Under the pieces are notes generated by a model. That model saw only the letters and a list, made by a program, of their open reading frames with translations, was not told the DNA's origin and did no database searches. This document shows, piece after piece, positions 27,634-36,390 of a stretch of 64,000 nucleotides of DNA. Origin of the DNA: Candidatus Kaiserbacteria bacterium (GTDB lineage Bacteria > Patescibacteriota > Minisyncoccia > Phycocordibacterales > UBA918). The stretch is taken from assembly GCA_016204695.1 (NCBI GenBank), contig JACQKD010000014.1, forward strand, positions 18,562-82,561, read 5' to 3'. Numbering within the stretch: the stretch's first letter is position 1; every line of letters begins with the position of its first letter. The translations under genes and the position numbers were made by a program.

Positions 27634-28182
27634 ATGAAGAAGTCCGATAGCGTACAACAATGCTGGCCGTGGGAGTTGACCGCTTTCGTCTTGGTTGCCG
27701 TCATCGGATTTGAGGTGACGACGCTTCTGTCGTTCGGGTACGCGCCGTCCGGAGAAGAATCTCTCGCAAGGATCGTCCCCGCGGAGCTCGTTTTTCTCGC
27801 CAACGGCGACCGCGAGAGATATGGCGCCGCGCCGCTCATCGAAAACCCGCTTCTCGCGCGCGCGGCGGAACTCGCGGCAAACGATATGGCCGCACGCGGA
27901 TACTTTTCTCATGCGAGTCCCGAGGGAGAGCCGCCGTGGCGTTGGCTTGAGCAGGTGGGATACCGGTACGCCGTCGCGGGACAAAATCTCGCCATCAATT
28001 TCAACGATTCGAAAGACGTGGAAGATGCGTGGATGAACTCTCCGCCGCACAGCGCAAATATTCTCGACAACGGATTTACGGAAACGGGTAGCGGTGTTGC
28101 GTCGGGCACATATCGCGGCCGAGAGATGACTTTCGTAGTACAATTTTTCGCTCGGCCGCTCCCGCCGAAGGAAACAAACTGA
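27634..28182 (+). CDS. CAP (SCP/PR-1-like) domain protein, membrane anchored
   Basis: N-terminal TM; YFSHASPEG...GQNLAINF...WMNSPPHSANIL are CAP domain signature regions. Confidence 0.65.
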   Translation: MKKSDSVQQCWPWELTAFVLVAVIGFEVTTLLSFGYAPSGEESLARIVPAELVFLANGDRERYGAAPLIENPLLARAAELAANDMAARGYFSHASPEGEPPWRWLEQVGYRYAVAGQNLAINFNDSKDVEDAWMNSPPHSANILDNGFTETGSGVASGTYRGREMTFVVQFFARPLPPKETN

Positions 28183-28207
28183 TTAACCGATCACTTCACC
28201 ACACACT

Positions 28208-28540
28208 ATGGACATACGAACACTGTCGGAGAGAGCGATGGAGATACGCGCAAAGTATAGAGCGCTTGAAAAAGAAAAAATTGGAAGAGAGTGGACGAGA
28301 AGCGAAGTTGCACAGGGTCTTGTGGGAGATGTCGGCGATCTCATGAAGCTTGTGATGGCGAAAGAGGGTCTTCGCGACATTCCGGATGCGGATACGAAGC
28401 TCGCGCACGAGCTTTCCGACTGTCTGTGGTGCATTCTCGTGCTTGCGGAGAAATACGACATTGATCTCGAAAAAGCGTTTTTGAAAACAATGGATGAATT
28501 GGATAAAAGGATTACAAGCGAAAAAGGACAGTCGGCGTGA
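28208..28540 (+). CDS. MazG-like nucleotide pyrophosphohydrolase (small all-alpha NTP-PPase)
   Basis: EVAQGLVGDVGDLMK and HELSDCLWCILVLAEKYDIDLEKAF match the E-x-x-E...E-x-x-D metal-binding helices of MazG-like proteins. Confidence 0.55.
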   Translation: MDIRTLSERAMEIRAKYRALEKEKIGREWTRSEVAQGLVGDVGDLMKLVMAKEGLRDIPDADTKLAHELSDCLWCILVLAEKYDIDLEKAFLKTMDELDKRITSEKGQSA

Positions 28541-29010
28541 ATACGTATACGCTCTTGTATTTGTACGACTCGAAAGCGCGCCGGATTCTGCTCGCGCTGA
28601 AAAAACGCGGGTTCGGGGAGGGAAAATGGAACGGTATCGGCGGAAGAGTGGAAGAAGGAGAGACGGTGGAAGATGCGGCGGTGCGAGAGGCGCAAGAGGA
28701 GGCAAGAGTGGAGGTCAGTCCGGACACACTGGTACGCCGCGGCAGTATTCGTTTTTCATTTGAAAACCGTCCGGAACTTGATCGGGACGTGCATATCTTT
28801 TTTACGGAAGAATGGAAGGGAGAACCTATCGAAACCGGGGAGATGCGGCCGCGGTGGCATGACGCCGCCCGTCTTCCGTATGAAGAAATGTGGATTGCCG
28901 ACAAAGATTGGCTACCGAAGATGCTTGCCGGAAAAGTAATAGCGGGACGCGTCCGCCTCTCCGGCTCGGGGGACCGGATTTTGGACATGGAAATCAAAGA
29001 CTCGGTGTAG
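28537..29010 (+). CDS. Nudix hydrolase (MutT-like)
   Basis: Nudix box GGRVEEGETVEDAAVREAQEEARV; ATGA overlap with the upstream MazG-like gene. Confidence 0.8.
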   Translation: MNTYTLLYLYDSKARRILLALKKRGFGEGKWNGIGGRVEEGETVEDAAVREAQEEARVEVSPDTLVRRGSIRFSFENRPELDRDVHIFFTEEWKGEPIETGEMRPRWHDAARLPYEEMWIADKDWLPKMLAGKVIAGRVRLSGSGDRILDMEIKDSV

Positions 29011-29031
29011 TATATTGAGACGCGCGGAGAA

Positions 29032-29104
29032 GCCACCTTAGCTCAGTTGGTAGAGCACCACTTTCGTAAAGTGGGGGTCCTCGGTTCAATCCCGAGAGGT
29101 GGCT
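29032..29104 (+). tRNA. tRNA-Thr (anticodon CGU)
   Basis: Cloverleaf: acceptor gccacct/aggtggc, D arm tagctcagttggtagagc, anticodon stem ccact/agtgg with loop ttCGTaa, T arm ctcgg-ttcaatc-ccgag. Confidence 0.8.
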
Positions 29105-29178
29105 CCGAGAGTGCGAGCACAGAAAAATCCGCGGAAAAGCGTAGGTGGGGTAAACTGCTATTATGATATGGTAGTAGT

Positions 29179-29886
29179 ATGCTGATTCTCACAAAAAACA
29201 TTCTGGAGAAAGAGTACTGTAACAACAAAAAATCAGTCGCTGAGATAGCTAAATTTTTTAATTGTTCGCAACACAAAATAAACTATTGGCTGGGTAAGTA
29301 TCACATTCCTAAAAGAAAAATTTCGGAAGCGATGTATATCAAATGGAATCCGAGGGGTGATCCTTTTGCCTTTAATAACCCACAAACCTTAGACAAAGCA
29401 TTCCTATGGGGATTGGGACTCGGATTATTTTGGGGAGAAGGTAATAAGAAGAACACGGACTCGGTCCGACTGGGTAACGTGGATCCCGGACTTATACGAA
29501 CGTTTTTAAAGTTTCTTGACGAGATCTATACTATTGATCATGCACGACTGAGATTCGGGCTTCAGACTTTTACCGACATTGGTGAGAATGCGGCAGTCGC
29601 TTATTGGTGTCGGGAGTTGCGAGCAAACCGCCGACAATTCTATAAAGTTACAGTCACGCGCTCTGGAAGTCTTGGAACATATCGAGAAAAAAGTAAGCAC
29701 GGAGTTCTAACTATCTATTTCCACAACAAAAAACTTCGTGATAGTATCGTCAATGCGATTGGGGAATTGGGTTCTGGTTCCATTCGCAAAAGTGCCATCT
29801 TAGCTCAGTTGGTAGAGCGCGTCCATGGTAGATCGCAAAAGATCTCTGCCCTTTGGGACAGAAACGTCCCATCGAATCCCGAATAA
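29179..29886 (+). CDS. HTH plus degenerate LAGLIDADG-like (putative homing endonuclease) protein; the 3' end runs into the tRNA-Thr(GGU) 5' exon
   Basis: N-terminal HTH-like KSVAEIAKFFNCSQHKINYWL; central AFLWGLGLGLFWGEGN resembles a single LAGLIDADG motif (acidic E in the catalytic position) followed by an I-CreI-like FLKFLDEIY region. The locus is AT-rich. The exact C-terminus is uncertain because the frame stays open through the tRNA exon into the intron. Confidence 0.4.
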   Translation: MLILTKNILEKEYCNNKKSVAEIAKFFNCSQHKINYWLGKYHIPKRKISEAMYIKWNPRGDPFAFNNPQTLDKAFLWGLGLGLFWGEGNKKNTDSVRLGNVDPGLIRTFLKFLDEIYTIDHARLRFGLQTFTDIGENAAVAYWCRELRANRRQFYKVTVTRSGSLGTYREKSKHGVLTIYFHNKKLRDSIVNAIGELGSGSIRKSAILAQLVERVHGRSQKISALWDRNVPSNPE

Positions 29887-30075
29887 CGGTCAACGGCCTG
29901 ACACCGGTTAAGACCGTGGCCTTCTCTCAATAGAAGGCCCGAACGACTGACACGGGAAGTTTCATTCGCCGACGGGTGAAGATGCTTAAGATACAGTCTA
30001 GCCCTCTTATAGTGTCTGTCGAAAAAGAGGTGTAAGCGAAGGACGAGGTCCCCGGTTCAATCCCGGGAGATGGCT
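29794..30075 (+). tRNA. tRNA-Thr (anticodon GGU) interrupted by a 209-nt intron in the anticodon loop (between positions 36/37)
   Basis: 5' exon 29794-29829 (acceptor gccatct, D arm, anticodon stem cgtcc, loop atGGT) and 3' exon 30039-30075 (aa, ggacg, variable aggtc, T arm cccgg-ttcaatc-ccggg, acceptor agatggc, discriminator t). The joined exons closely resemble canonical bacterial tRNA-Thr(GGU). Confidence 0.6.
29830..30038 (+). ncRNA. putative group I intron (209 nt) in tRNA-Thr(GGU)
   Basis: Boundaries obey group I rules (5' exon ends in U, intron ends in G). The size is similar to the smallest known tRNA group I introns. An internal acagtctag segment resembles a P7/R-element-like sequence. 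No ORF inside. Confidence 0.45.
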
Positions 30076-30096
30076 CAATAGATCCATAGGCGGAAG

Positions 30097-30681
30097 TTAT
30101 AACGGCTTAAAGAGTGCTTGGAGCGCTTCTTTCTTTTCAGGGTACAGCTTCGCTTCATACAATACCGGCGCGATCTCTTTCTCGGAGAAATGTTTACTCG
30201 TGCCAATCTCAACAAACTCATCGAACGTAACCGGCTTGAGTGTGATCCTTTCGCCGGCATCGAGATGCATGTCCGCGATTTTGGTGAGACCTTTTGCGAT
30301 GAAACTGAAAACGACGTAGTCAATCTTCGAGGTAGGGTGGTGAGCATCCCATAGGGTAAACTCGGATGCTTCATATCCGCTTTCTTCGAGGAGCTCGCGC
30401 TTTGCCGCGTCGAGGATATCCTCACCCTCATCAACCCGACCTCCGGTTGCCGCAATAAAAGACGCTTTCCCGGGCTGTTCTTGCTCGGTCAGTACGATCT
30501 TCCCGTCGTCGAGCACCGGAAACACGACGACCGTGTCGGCTCGTTTCAGTTTTTCAAACATTGTTTTCGTGCCGTCGAAAAGCTCCTGCTCCCATTGGTA
30601 GACATCGAAGATGACCCCGTCAAAGACTTTTTTCGCATGATCAGGGATCGGCTGATCCGACGGCGGTCGAGAGATATGCAT
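30097..30681 (-). CDS. Nudix hydrolase (ADP-ribose pyrophosphatase-like)
   Basis: Nudix box GGRVDEGEDILDAAKRELLEESG. Confidence 0.75.
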   Translation of the reverse strand: MHISRPPSDQPIPDHAKKVFDGVIFDVYQWEQELFDGTKTMFEKLKRADTVVVFPVLDDGKIVLTEQEQPGKASFIAATGGRVDEGEDILDAAKRELLEESGYEASEFTLWDAHHPTSKIDYVVFSFIAKGLTKIADMHLDAGERITLKPVTFDEFVEIGTSKHFSEKEIAPVLYEAKLYPEKKEALQALFKPL

Positions 30682-30738
30682 AGCAAGGAGATTGTACCAC
30701 TACAAGAAGAACGGCACCCGCGCATGCGCAGGTGCTGT

Positions 30739-30972
30739 TCAAAGATAGTTCTTACTGGGTCTGATCACTTCGACAGACTTTCTGGCCTTTATGATGTGAC
30801 AGGTGAATTTCATTAATGTCACACGCCGACAAAAATTACACCAGCGTCTGATGTAAGGAATCGGCGCTCCGTCGGGTTTAAACATACCTTGCTCTTGTCC
30901 AACATCAAGGAAATGATCGCACCGGGTACAGGTAAATCTCAACAGGGGAACCGAGATGCTCATCTCTGCCAC
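30739..30972 (-). CDS. small zinc-ribbon protein (hypothetical)
   Basis: 77 aa with CxxC...CxxC (CTRCDHF...CNFC); unknown function. Confidence 0.3.
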   Translation of the reverse strand: MAEMSISVPLLRFTCTRCDHFLDVGQEQGMFKPDGAPIPYIRRWCNFCRRVTLMKFTCHIIKARKSVEVIRPSKNYL

Positions 30973-30989
30973 TCTTTTCTCCTAAAGAA

Positions 30990-31766
30990 CTATATTTTCA
31001 CCTTCGCCATACGGAGCAGTTTCAAATGCGCCGCATGAAGAAGAACCGCGAACCACGCGACGACGATCGACGTGGCCGCAAGTACGTTCCCCACGATGCC
31101 GAGAACGGCATGATAAGGAGCGAAAACCAAAAACATTACCGCGACCCACATGAGCAGGAGGCGGACGCGGTCGAGGATGAATTTATAATCCTCGTCTTCG
31201 TCCGTGTTCAACAACGTACCGTTGGAGAGTTTGAATTCTGCCATGCGCAGAAGTCCGAGTATGCCCCAGCTGATCAAAAACCAGAGTAAAAATTCCACCG
31301 CCAGAATGTGATAGACCACGAGTGCGATGCCGATGACAATCGACATTGAGAGATCGCGTATCCAATCGAGTTTTGCACCAAGGACCGTCACCCTGTCATT
31401 GTTTCTCGCAAGCGGACCATCGAGCATATCGGTGAAGCCGGCGAGCAGGATGCCGACAAAAATGACTTCTACCGGTACGCCGATCCAAAACAAGCACGCA
31501 AGCGCGGCAATGAGCAGAAAGCCGAGATACGTCACCGTGTTCGGGGATATTCGCTTCATGCGGCGCGTCAGCGGCAAGAAAAGTCGGTCGCGGCGAGCGG
31601 CCTCGATCTCGGTCGCGCGGGAGAAAAAGAACGCCAGCGTCTCTTTGTGAGCAAATCGAGCGCACAGGAAATACCCGGCCGGAACCGCCAGTCCGAAGAA
31701 AATGATGCTTCCTGCAACGGAATAGAAATCCATTTCGCGTATACTAGCATACCTTTGAGAGTGCAT
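30990..31766 (-). CDS. CDP-alcohol phosphatidyltransferase family protein
   Basis: Signature D-x2-DG-x2-AR-x8-G-x3-D-x3-D: [26 protein letters not shown]; multiple TM helices. Confidence 0.75.
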   Translation of the reverse strand: MHSQRYASIREMDFYSVAGSIIFFGLAVPAGYFLCARFAHKETLAFFFSRATEIEAARRDRLFLPLTRRMKRISPNTVTYLGFLLIAALACLFWIGVPVEVIFVGILLAGFTDMLDGPLARNNDRVTVLGAKLDWIRDLSMSIVIGIALVVYHILAVEFLLWFLISWGILGLLRMAEFKLSNGTLLNTDEDEDYKFILDRVRLLLMWVAVMFLVFAPYHAVLGIVGNVLAATSIVVAWFAVLLHAAHLKLLRMAKVKI

Positions 31767-31853
31767 ATACCGGTCCCGGAAACGGCATGTCGACGCTCGT
31801 GCCGATGGGGCGGTTCCATGGTTATTTTCGAGATTGGCTCTATAATGACCCGT

Positions 31854-32729
31854 ATGGAAAAAGAGGACATCAACGCACGCATAGCGACACTTGAAATCGC
31901 GATGACGCGAGCCGATTTTTGGAGTGATCCGAAGGCGGCGCAGGCGATGATCAAAGAACTCAATACGCTCAAAGAGCAGGCGGCGGGAAAGGAAAAATAT
32001 GATCGCACCAACGCAATCTTCACCATCGTCGCGGGCGCGGGAGGAGACGACGCTGAAGATTTCGCCCGGATGCTCGTCTCGATGTACCAGAAATACGCTG
32101 AAAAACGCGGCTGGAGCGTCAACATGCTCGATGAGAATAAGAACGATCGGGGCGGTTACCGCAACATCGTTTTTGAAGTGGCGGGGAAGGACGCCTACGG
32201 GATGCTAAAACGCGAGTCGGGCGTGCATCGCCTCGTGCGAATGTCGCCCTTCAATGCATCGGGAAAACGACAGACCTCGTTTACGCTTGTGGAAGTGTCG
32301 CCGAAAGTCGAGCCGGGTGAAGTGAAGCTCAATGAAGAGGATCTGGACGTGAGTTTCGCCCGCGCCGGAGGCGCGGGCGGCCAAAATGTCAACCGCCGCG
32401 AGACCGCCGTGCGCATTGTGCACAAGCCGACCAACATTTCCGTCCACGTCTCCTCCGAGCGCAGTCAGCAACAAAACCGCGAACGGGCGCTCGCACTCCT
32501 TGCCGGCAAGTTGTACACATTCGAAGAAGCGCAACACAAACGCGAAATGCAGGGTCTTTCCGTCGAAAAGACCGTGAAAATCGAGTGGGGAAGCCAGATA
32601 CGCTCGTACGTACTCCATCCCTATCAGCTCGTCAAGGACCACCGCACCGACACCGAAGTGCGCAATGTCGACGCCGTACTGGACGGCGATATAACAACTT
32701 TTCTAGACGCGGAACGAGAGCTGGGATAG
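31854..32729 (+). CDS. prfB: peptide chain release factor 2 (RF2), short N-terminus, no programmed +1 frameshift site
   Basis: SPF tripeptide ([15 protein letters not shown]), GGQ motif ([19 protein letters not shown]), C-terminal [15 protein letters not shown]. In-frame candidate starts are 31818, 31845 and 31854. I chose 31854 because a TATAAT box (31841-31846) lies 7 nt upstream and the protein then aligns with E. coli RF2 just after the usual frameshift point. Confidence 0.8.
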   Translation: MEKEDINARIATLEIAMTRADFWSDPKAAQAMIKELNTLKEQAAGKEKYDRTNAIFTIVAGAGGDDAEDFARMLVSMYQKYAEKRGWSVNMLDENKNDRGGYRNIVFEVAGKDAYGMLKRESGVHRLVRMSPFNASGKRQTSFTLVEVSPKVEPGEVKLNEEDLDVSFARAGGAGGQNVNRRETAVRIVHKPTNISVHVSSERSQQQNRERALALLAGKLYTFEEAQHKREMQGLSVEKTVKIEWGSQIRSYVLHPYQLVKDHRTDTEVRNVDAVLDGDITTFLDAERELG

Positions 32730-32775
32730 AATGGAACGCGTTGTATACGGAAGCTTCCGCAGTTGGCGCTTTTCT

Positions 32776-33456
32776 ATGATCTACTTTGATAAAGTCTCGA
32801 AAATCTACGGAGAGGAATCGATAGCCCTTGAAGACGTCACCTTTGAAGTCGCCCCGGGCGAATTTCTTTCCATCGTCGGCCACTCCGGCGCAGGCAAGAC
32901 GACACTCATAAAAATGCTCATCGTCGAGGACCGGCCGACCGCCGGTACCGTCTATTTCGAATCGAAAGATGTGCACGCCATTCCGCGCCGCCAGCTCCCG
33001 CGCTATCGCCGCAAGATCGGCACGGTATTTCAAGATTTCAAATTGCTCCCGCACAAAACCGCCTATGAAAACATCGCCTTCGCCATGGAGGCCAACGGCC
33101 GCAGTGACGAAGAGATAGAAGAAAACGTGCCGCAGGCGCTCGGACTCGTGGATCTCGCGGACAAGATCTGGAATTTCCCGCACCAGCTTTCCGGCGGCGA
33201 AAAACAGCGCGTCGCGATCGCGCGCGCCATCGTCAATCAGCCCGATCTCATCATCGCCGACGAGCCCACCGGCAATCTCGACCCGATCGCCACGTATGAA
33301 GTCGTGCAGATCCTCAAAAAAGTCAACGACCTCGGTACCACGATCATCATGACCACGCACAACAAGGGCGTGATCGATGCGCTCGGGAGACGCGTCATCA
33401 CCATGGACCGCGGACGCATTGTGCGAGACGATAGCGAAGGCAAGTATGTGCTGTAG
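32776..33456 (+). CDS. ftsE: cell division ATP-binding protein FtsE
   Basis: Walker A GHSGAGKTT, signature LSGGEKQR, Walker B LIIADEPTGNLD; followed by ftsX. Confidence 0.85.
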   Translation: MIYFDKVSKIYGEESIALEDVTFEVAPGEFLSIVGHSGAGKTTLIKMLIVEDRPTAGTVYFESKDVHAIPRRQLPRYRRKIGTVFQDFKLLPHKTAYENIAFAMEANGRSDEEIEENVPQALGLVDLADKIWNFPHQLSGGEKQRVAIARAIVNQPDLIIADEPTGNLDPIATYEVVQILKKVNDLGTTIIMTTHNKGVIDALGRRVITMDRGRIVRDDSEGKYVL

Positions 33457-33467
33457 AATAAGATTCT

Positions 33468-34409
33468 ATGTGGACTGCATGTAAGCGGATAATAAAAGCG
33501 GGAGTGGTCGGATTTTGGCGCGATGCGTTCGTCTCCTTCACCTCCGTACTTGTCATCACAGTCGCGCTCTTCATGGTCGCCACCACGCTTTTCAACAATC
33601 ACGCCCTCGAAGTGGCGCTCGAAGACCTTGAAGAGAAGGTGGACATCAATATCTACTTCACCATCACCGCCACCGAGGAAGAAATTACGGCGTTCCAAGG
33701 ATTACTCGAAGGACTGCCCGAGGTCGCGGAAGTCACCTATACGTCGCGCAGTCAGGCGCTTGAAGAATTCCGTGCGCGACACGAGGGTGACGAGCTGATC
33801 ATCAAGGGACTCAAAGAGCTTGACGACAATCCGCTCGGCGCGTCGTTGTCCGTCCGTGCAAAGGAGACGTCGCAGTACGAAGGTATCGCGACATTCGTCG
33901 TCGCCCAGCATGAAAATCCGCCATCGGGCACCTCTATCATCGACCGTGTCAATTACAATCAAAATAAAAAAGCGATCAGCCGCCTCAACGACATCATCAA
34001 CTCCACCCGCAACGACAACACCACCAAAGCGATTCTCCTCATCGCCATCGCGCTTTTTGTCTCGTTCAATACGATCCGGCTTGCAATCCACAATGCCCGC
34101 GAGGAGATCGGCGTCATGCGGCTCGTCGGCGCAAGCAACACGTTTATCAGTATGCCGTTTATGGTATCGGGCATCCTGCAGGGGCTGATTGCGGGAGTGC
34201 TCGTGGTGCTTCTCCTGTACCCGGCGCTTATTTTCTATGAAAGCGCTTTCTATCCGTTTCCGTTTTTCGACGAGGCGGGATACGGCAAGCTTCTCTTCGG
34301 CTATTTCGTCATCAACTTCGCCGCCATATTCTTCACCATCGTCGGTAGCGGCATCCTCATTGGAGCGATTTCCAGCTTTCTCGCGGTGCGGCGGTATCTC
34401 AGAATATAG
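33468..34409 (+). CDS. ftsX: cell division permease-like protein FtsX
   Basis: N-terminal TM, large periplasmic loop, three C-terminal TM helices; position downstream of ftsE. Confidence 0.8.
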   Translation: MWTACKRIIKAGVVGFWRDAFVSFTSVLVITVALFMVATTLFNNHALEVALEDLEEKVDINIYFTITATEEEITAFQGLLEGLPEVAEVTYTSRSQALEEFRARHEGDELIIKGLKELDDNPLGASLSVRAKETSQYEGIATFVVAQHENPPSGTSIIDRVNYNQNKKAISRLNDIINSTRNDNTTKAILLIAIALFVSFNTIRLAIHNAREEIGVMRLVGASNTFISMPFMVSGILQGLIAGVLVVLLLYPALIFYESAFYPFPFFDEAGYGKLLFGYFVINFAAIFFTIVGSGILIGAISSFLAVRRYLRI

Positions 34410-34418
34410 CGTACGAAT

Positions 34419-36083
34419 ATGACGGCACGACAGCATACGGAAGAACGGAACACCACACGAAAATACATCTTTGTCGTCGGCGGCGTAATGTCATCGGTCG
34501 GCAAAGGCATCGCGACGGCCTCCATCGGCAAAATACTGCAAGCGCGCGGTTACAAAGTCTCGCTCGTGAAGTGCGACATGTACGTCAACATCGACGCGGG
34601 CACCATCCGCCCGACCGAGCACGGCGAGGTGTTCGTCGGTGAAGACGGCATCGAAGCCGACCAAGACCTCGGCAACTACGAGCGCTTCACCGACCAGACC
34701 TCGACCGCCCTCCATTACCTCACCACCGGACAGGTCTATGCCGAGGTCATCAAGCGCGAGCGCAACTTGGAATACGGCGGCGAGGACGTGGAAGTCGTCC
34801 CGGATATCCCGAACGAAATCATCCGCCGTATCAAGCTCGCGGGAGAGACGGACCAGAGCGACTTCGTCGTCATCGAAATCGGCGGCACTGTCGGCGAATA
34901 TCAAAACGTGCTGTTTCTCGAAGCCGGACGCATGATGAAGGCGCGCCACAAAAACGACGTGCTCTTTGTCCTCGTGAGCTACCTGCCCATTCCGGGAAAA
35001 GTCGGCGAAATGAAAACCAAGCCGACCCAATACGCCGCACGGACGCTCAACGCAACCGGCATCCAAGCTGACTTCATCCTCTGCCGTTCCGAACACATGA
35101 TCGATGAGAAACGCCGCGAGAAGCTCGCGCTCTTTTGCAACATCGAACCGGAGGATGCCATCGCCGCGCCGGATGTGGACTCCATCTATGACGTGCCGGT
35201 CAACTTCGCGCGCGATGGACTCGACCTGCGCATCTTGCAAAAGTTCGGGCTTGAACCGAAAGCGGACAATCTCGGGCAGTGGTCTGCGCTCGCGGAAAAA
35301 ATCAAAACCCTTACGGATACCGTCTCCATCGGGGTGGTCGGCAAATATTTCAATACCGGTGACTTTACGCTCGCCGATTCATACATTTCCGTCCTTGAGT
35401 CCATCAAGCACGCGGCGTGGGAAGCAGGCGTCAAACCGAAAATCTCGTGGCTCGATGCCGAAGCATACGAAAAAGACCCGTCAAAACTCTCCGAGCTTTC
35501 CGGCTACGACGGCATCATCGTCCCGGGCGGCTTCGGCTCGCGCGGAGTGGAAGGCAAAATCCTCGCCGTCGAATACGTCCGCAAAAACAACATCCCCTAC
35601 CTCGGCCTCTGTTACGGCCTCCAGATGGCCGTCATAGAATACGCCCGCAATGTCTGCGGGCTCGCGGATGCCAATACCACGGAAGTAAACAAAGACACCC
35701 CGCACCCCGTCATCGACGTCATGGTCGACCAGAAAGCAAATATCGCAGAAAAGAAAATGGGCGGCACCATGCGTCTCGGCGCCTATCCCTGTGAGCTCAA
35801 AGACGGCACCATAAGTAGGGAAGCGTATGGAAAGAAAAACATCAGTGAACGGCACCGCCATCGCTATGAAGTCAACAACGAATACCGCGCACAACTCGAA
35901 GAGGCAGGTCTCGTCATAGCCGGCCGCAACCCCGACCGCGACCTCGTTGAAATCATCGAGCTTCCGCAGTCGAAACACCCGTTCTTCGTCGGCGTCCAAT
36001 TCCACCCCGAATTCCTCTCCCGCCCCCTTGCTCCGCACCCCCTCTTTATGGCATTTATTAAGGCGGCGACAAAGACAAAGTAA
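34419..36083 (+). CDS. pyrG: CTP synthase
   Basis: N-terminal synthetase motifs (KYIFVVGGVMSSVGKGIATASIG), C-terminal class I glutamine amidotransferase (GLCYGLQMAVIEYARNV...HRHRYEVN). Confidence 0.95.
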   Translation: MTARQHTEERNTTRKYIFVVGGVMSSVGKGIATASIGKILQARGYKVSLVKCDMYVNIDAGTIRPTEHGEVFVGEDGIEADQDLGNYERFTDQTSTALHYLTTGQVYAEVIKRERNLEYGGEDVEVVPDIPNEIIRRIKLAGETDQSDFVVIEIGGTVGEYQNVLFLEAGRMMKARHKNDVLFVLVSYLPIPGKVGEMKTKPTQYAARTLNATGIQADFILCRSEHMIDEKRREKLALFCNIEPEDAIAAPDVDSIYDVPVNFARDGLDLRILQKFGLEPKADNLGQWSALAEKIKTLTDTVSIGVVGKYFNTGDFTLADSYISVLESIKHAAWEAGVKPKISWLDAEAYEKDPSKLSELSGYDGIIVPGGFGSRGVEGKILAVEYVRKNNIPYLGLCYGLQMAVIEYARNVCGLADANTTEVNKDTPHPVIDVMVDQKANIAEKKMGGTMRLGAYPCELKDGTISREAYGKKNISERHRHRYEVNNEYRAQLEEAGLVIAGRNPDRDLVEIIELPQSKHPFFVGVQFHPEFLSRPLAPHPLFMAFIKAATKTK

Positions 36084-36116
36084 TCGTTCCAATCTACCAA
36101 TGTAGGAGGAATACGA

Positions 36117-36350
36117 GTGGCGACAGTAATTCGAGAGCTTATCTCTCACTACAAATTCGCTCTGATAGTTTCCCGAGCCGACTACCTCTATACCGGCGAC
36201 CAACCGGTCCAAGCGGGCGATAGCCTACGCCTCATTCCATGGAACGAGGCAACGGATTGTCCTGCAGGAGACGGTGTAACCCGGCTTATACGAAAAGCGG
36301 CTCCGGAAGGGAAATGTATGCGGCTTACCTGGTATATGGACATTATATAG
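36117..36350 (+). CDS. small hypothetical protein (77 aa)
   Basis: GTG start preceded by a strong AGGAGG RBS at a 7-nt spacing; no homology recognised. The region could alternatively hold an ncRNA. Confidence 0.25.
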   Translation: MATVIRELISHYKFALIVSRADYLYTGDQPVQAGDSLRLIPWNEATDCPAGDGVTRLIRKAAPEGKCMRLTWYMDII

Positions 36351-36390
36351 GTACGTCCAATGCCAGGAACATACCTATATGCTACAGTAT

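Noticed and set aside
31752-31757. CTT TGA sequence upstream of prfB, as a candidate for the canonical RF2 +1 frameshift site
   Set aside because: The frame containing CTT TGA has no start codon upstream (a TAG lies 10 codons before), and after a +1 shift it runs into a stop at ~31891 instead of joining the prfB body.
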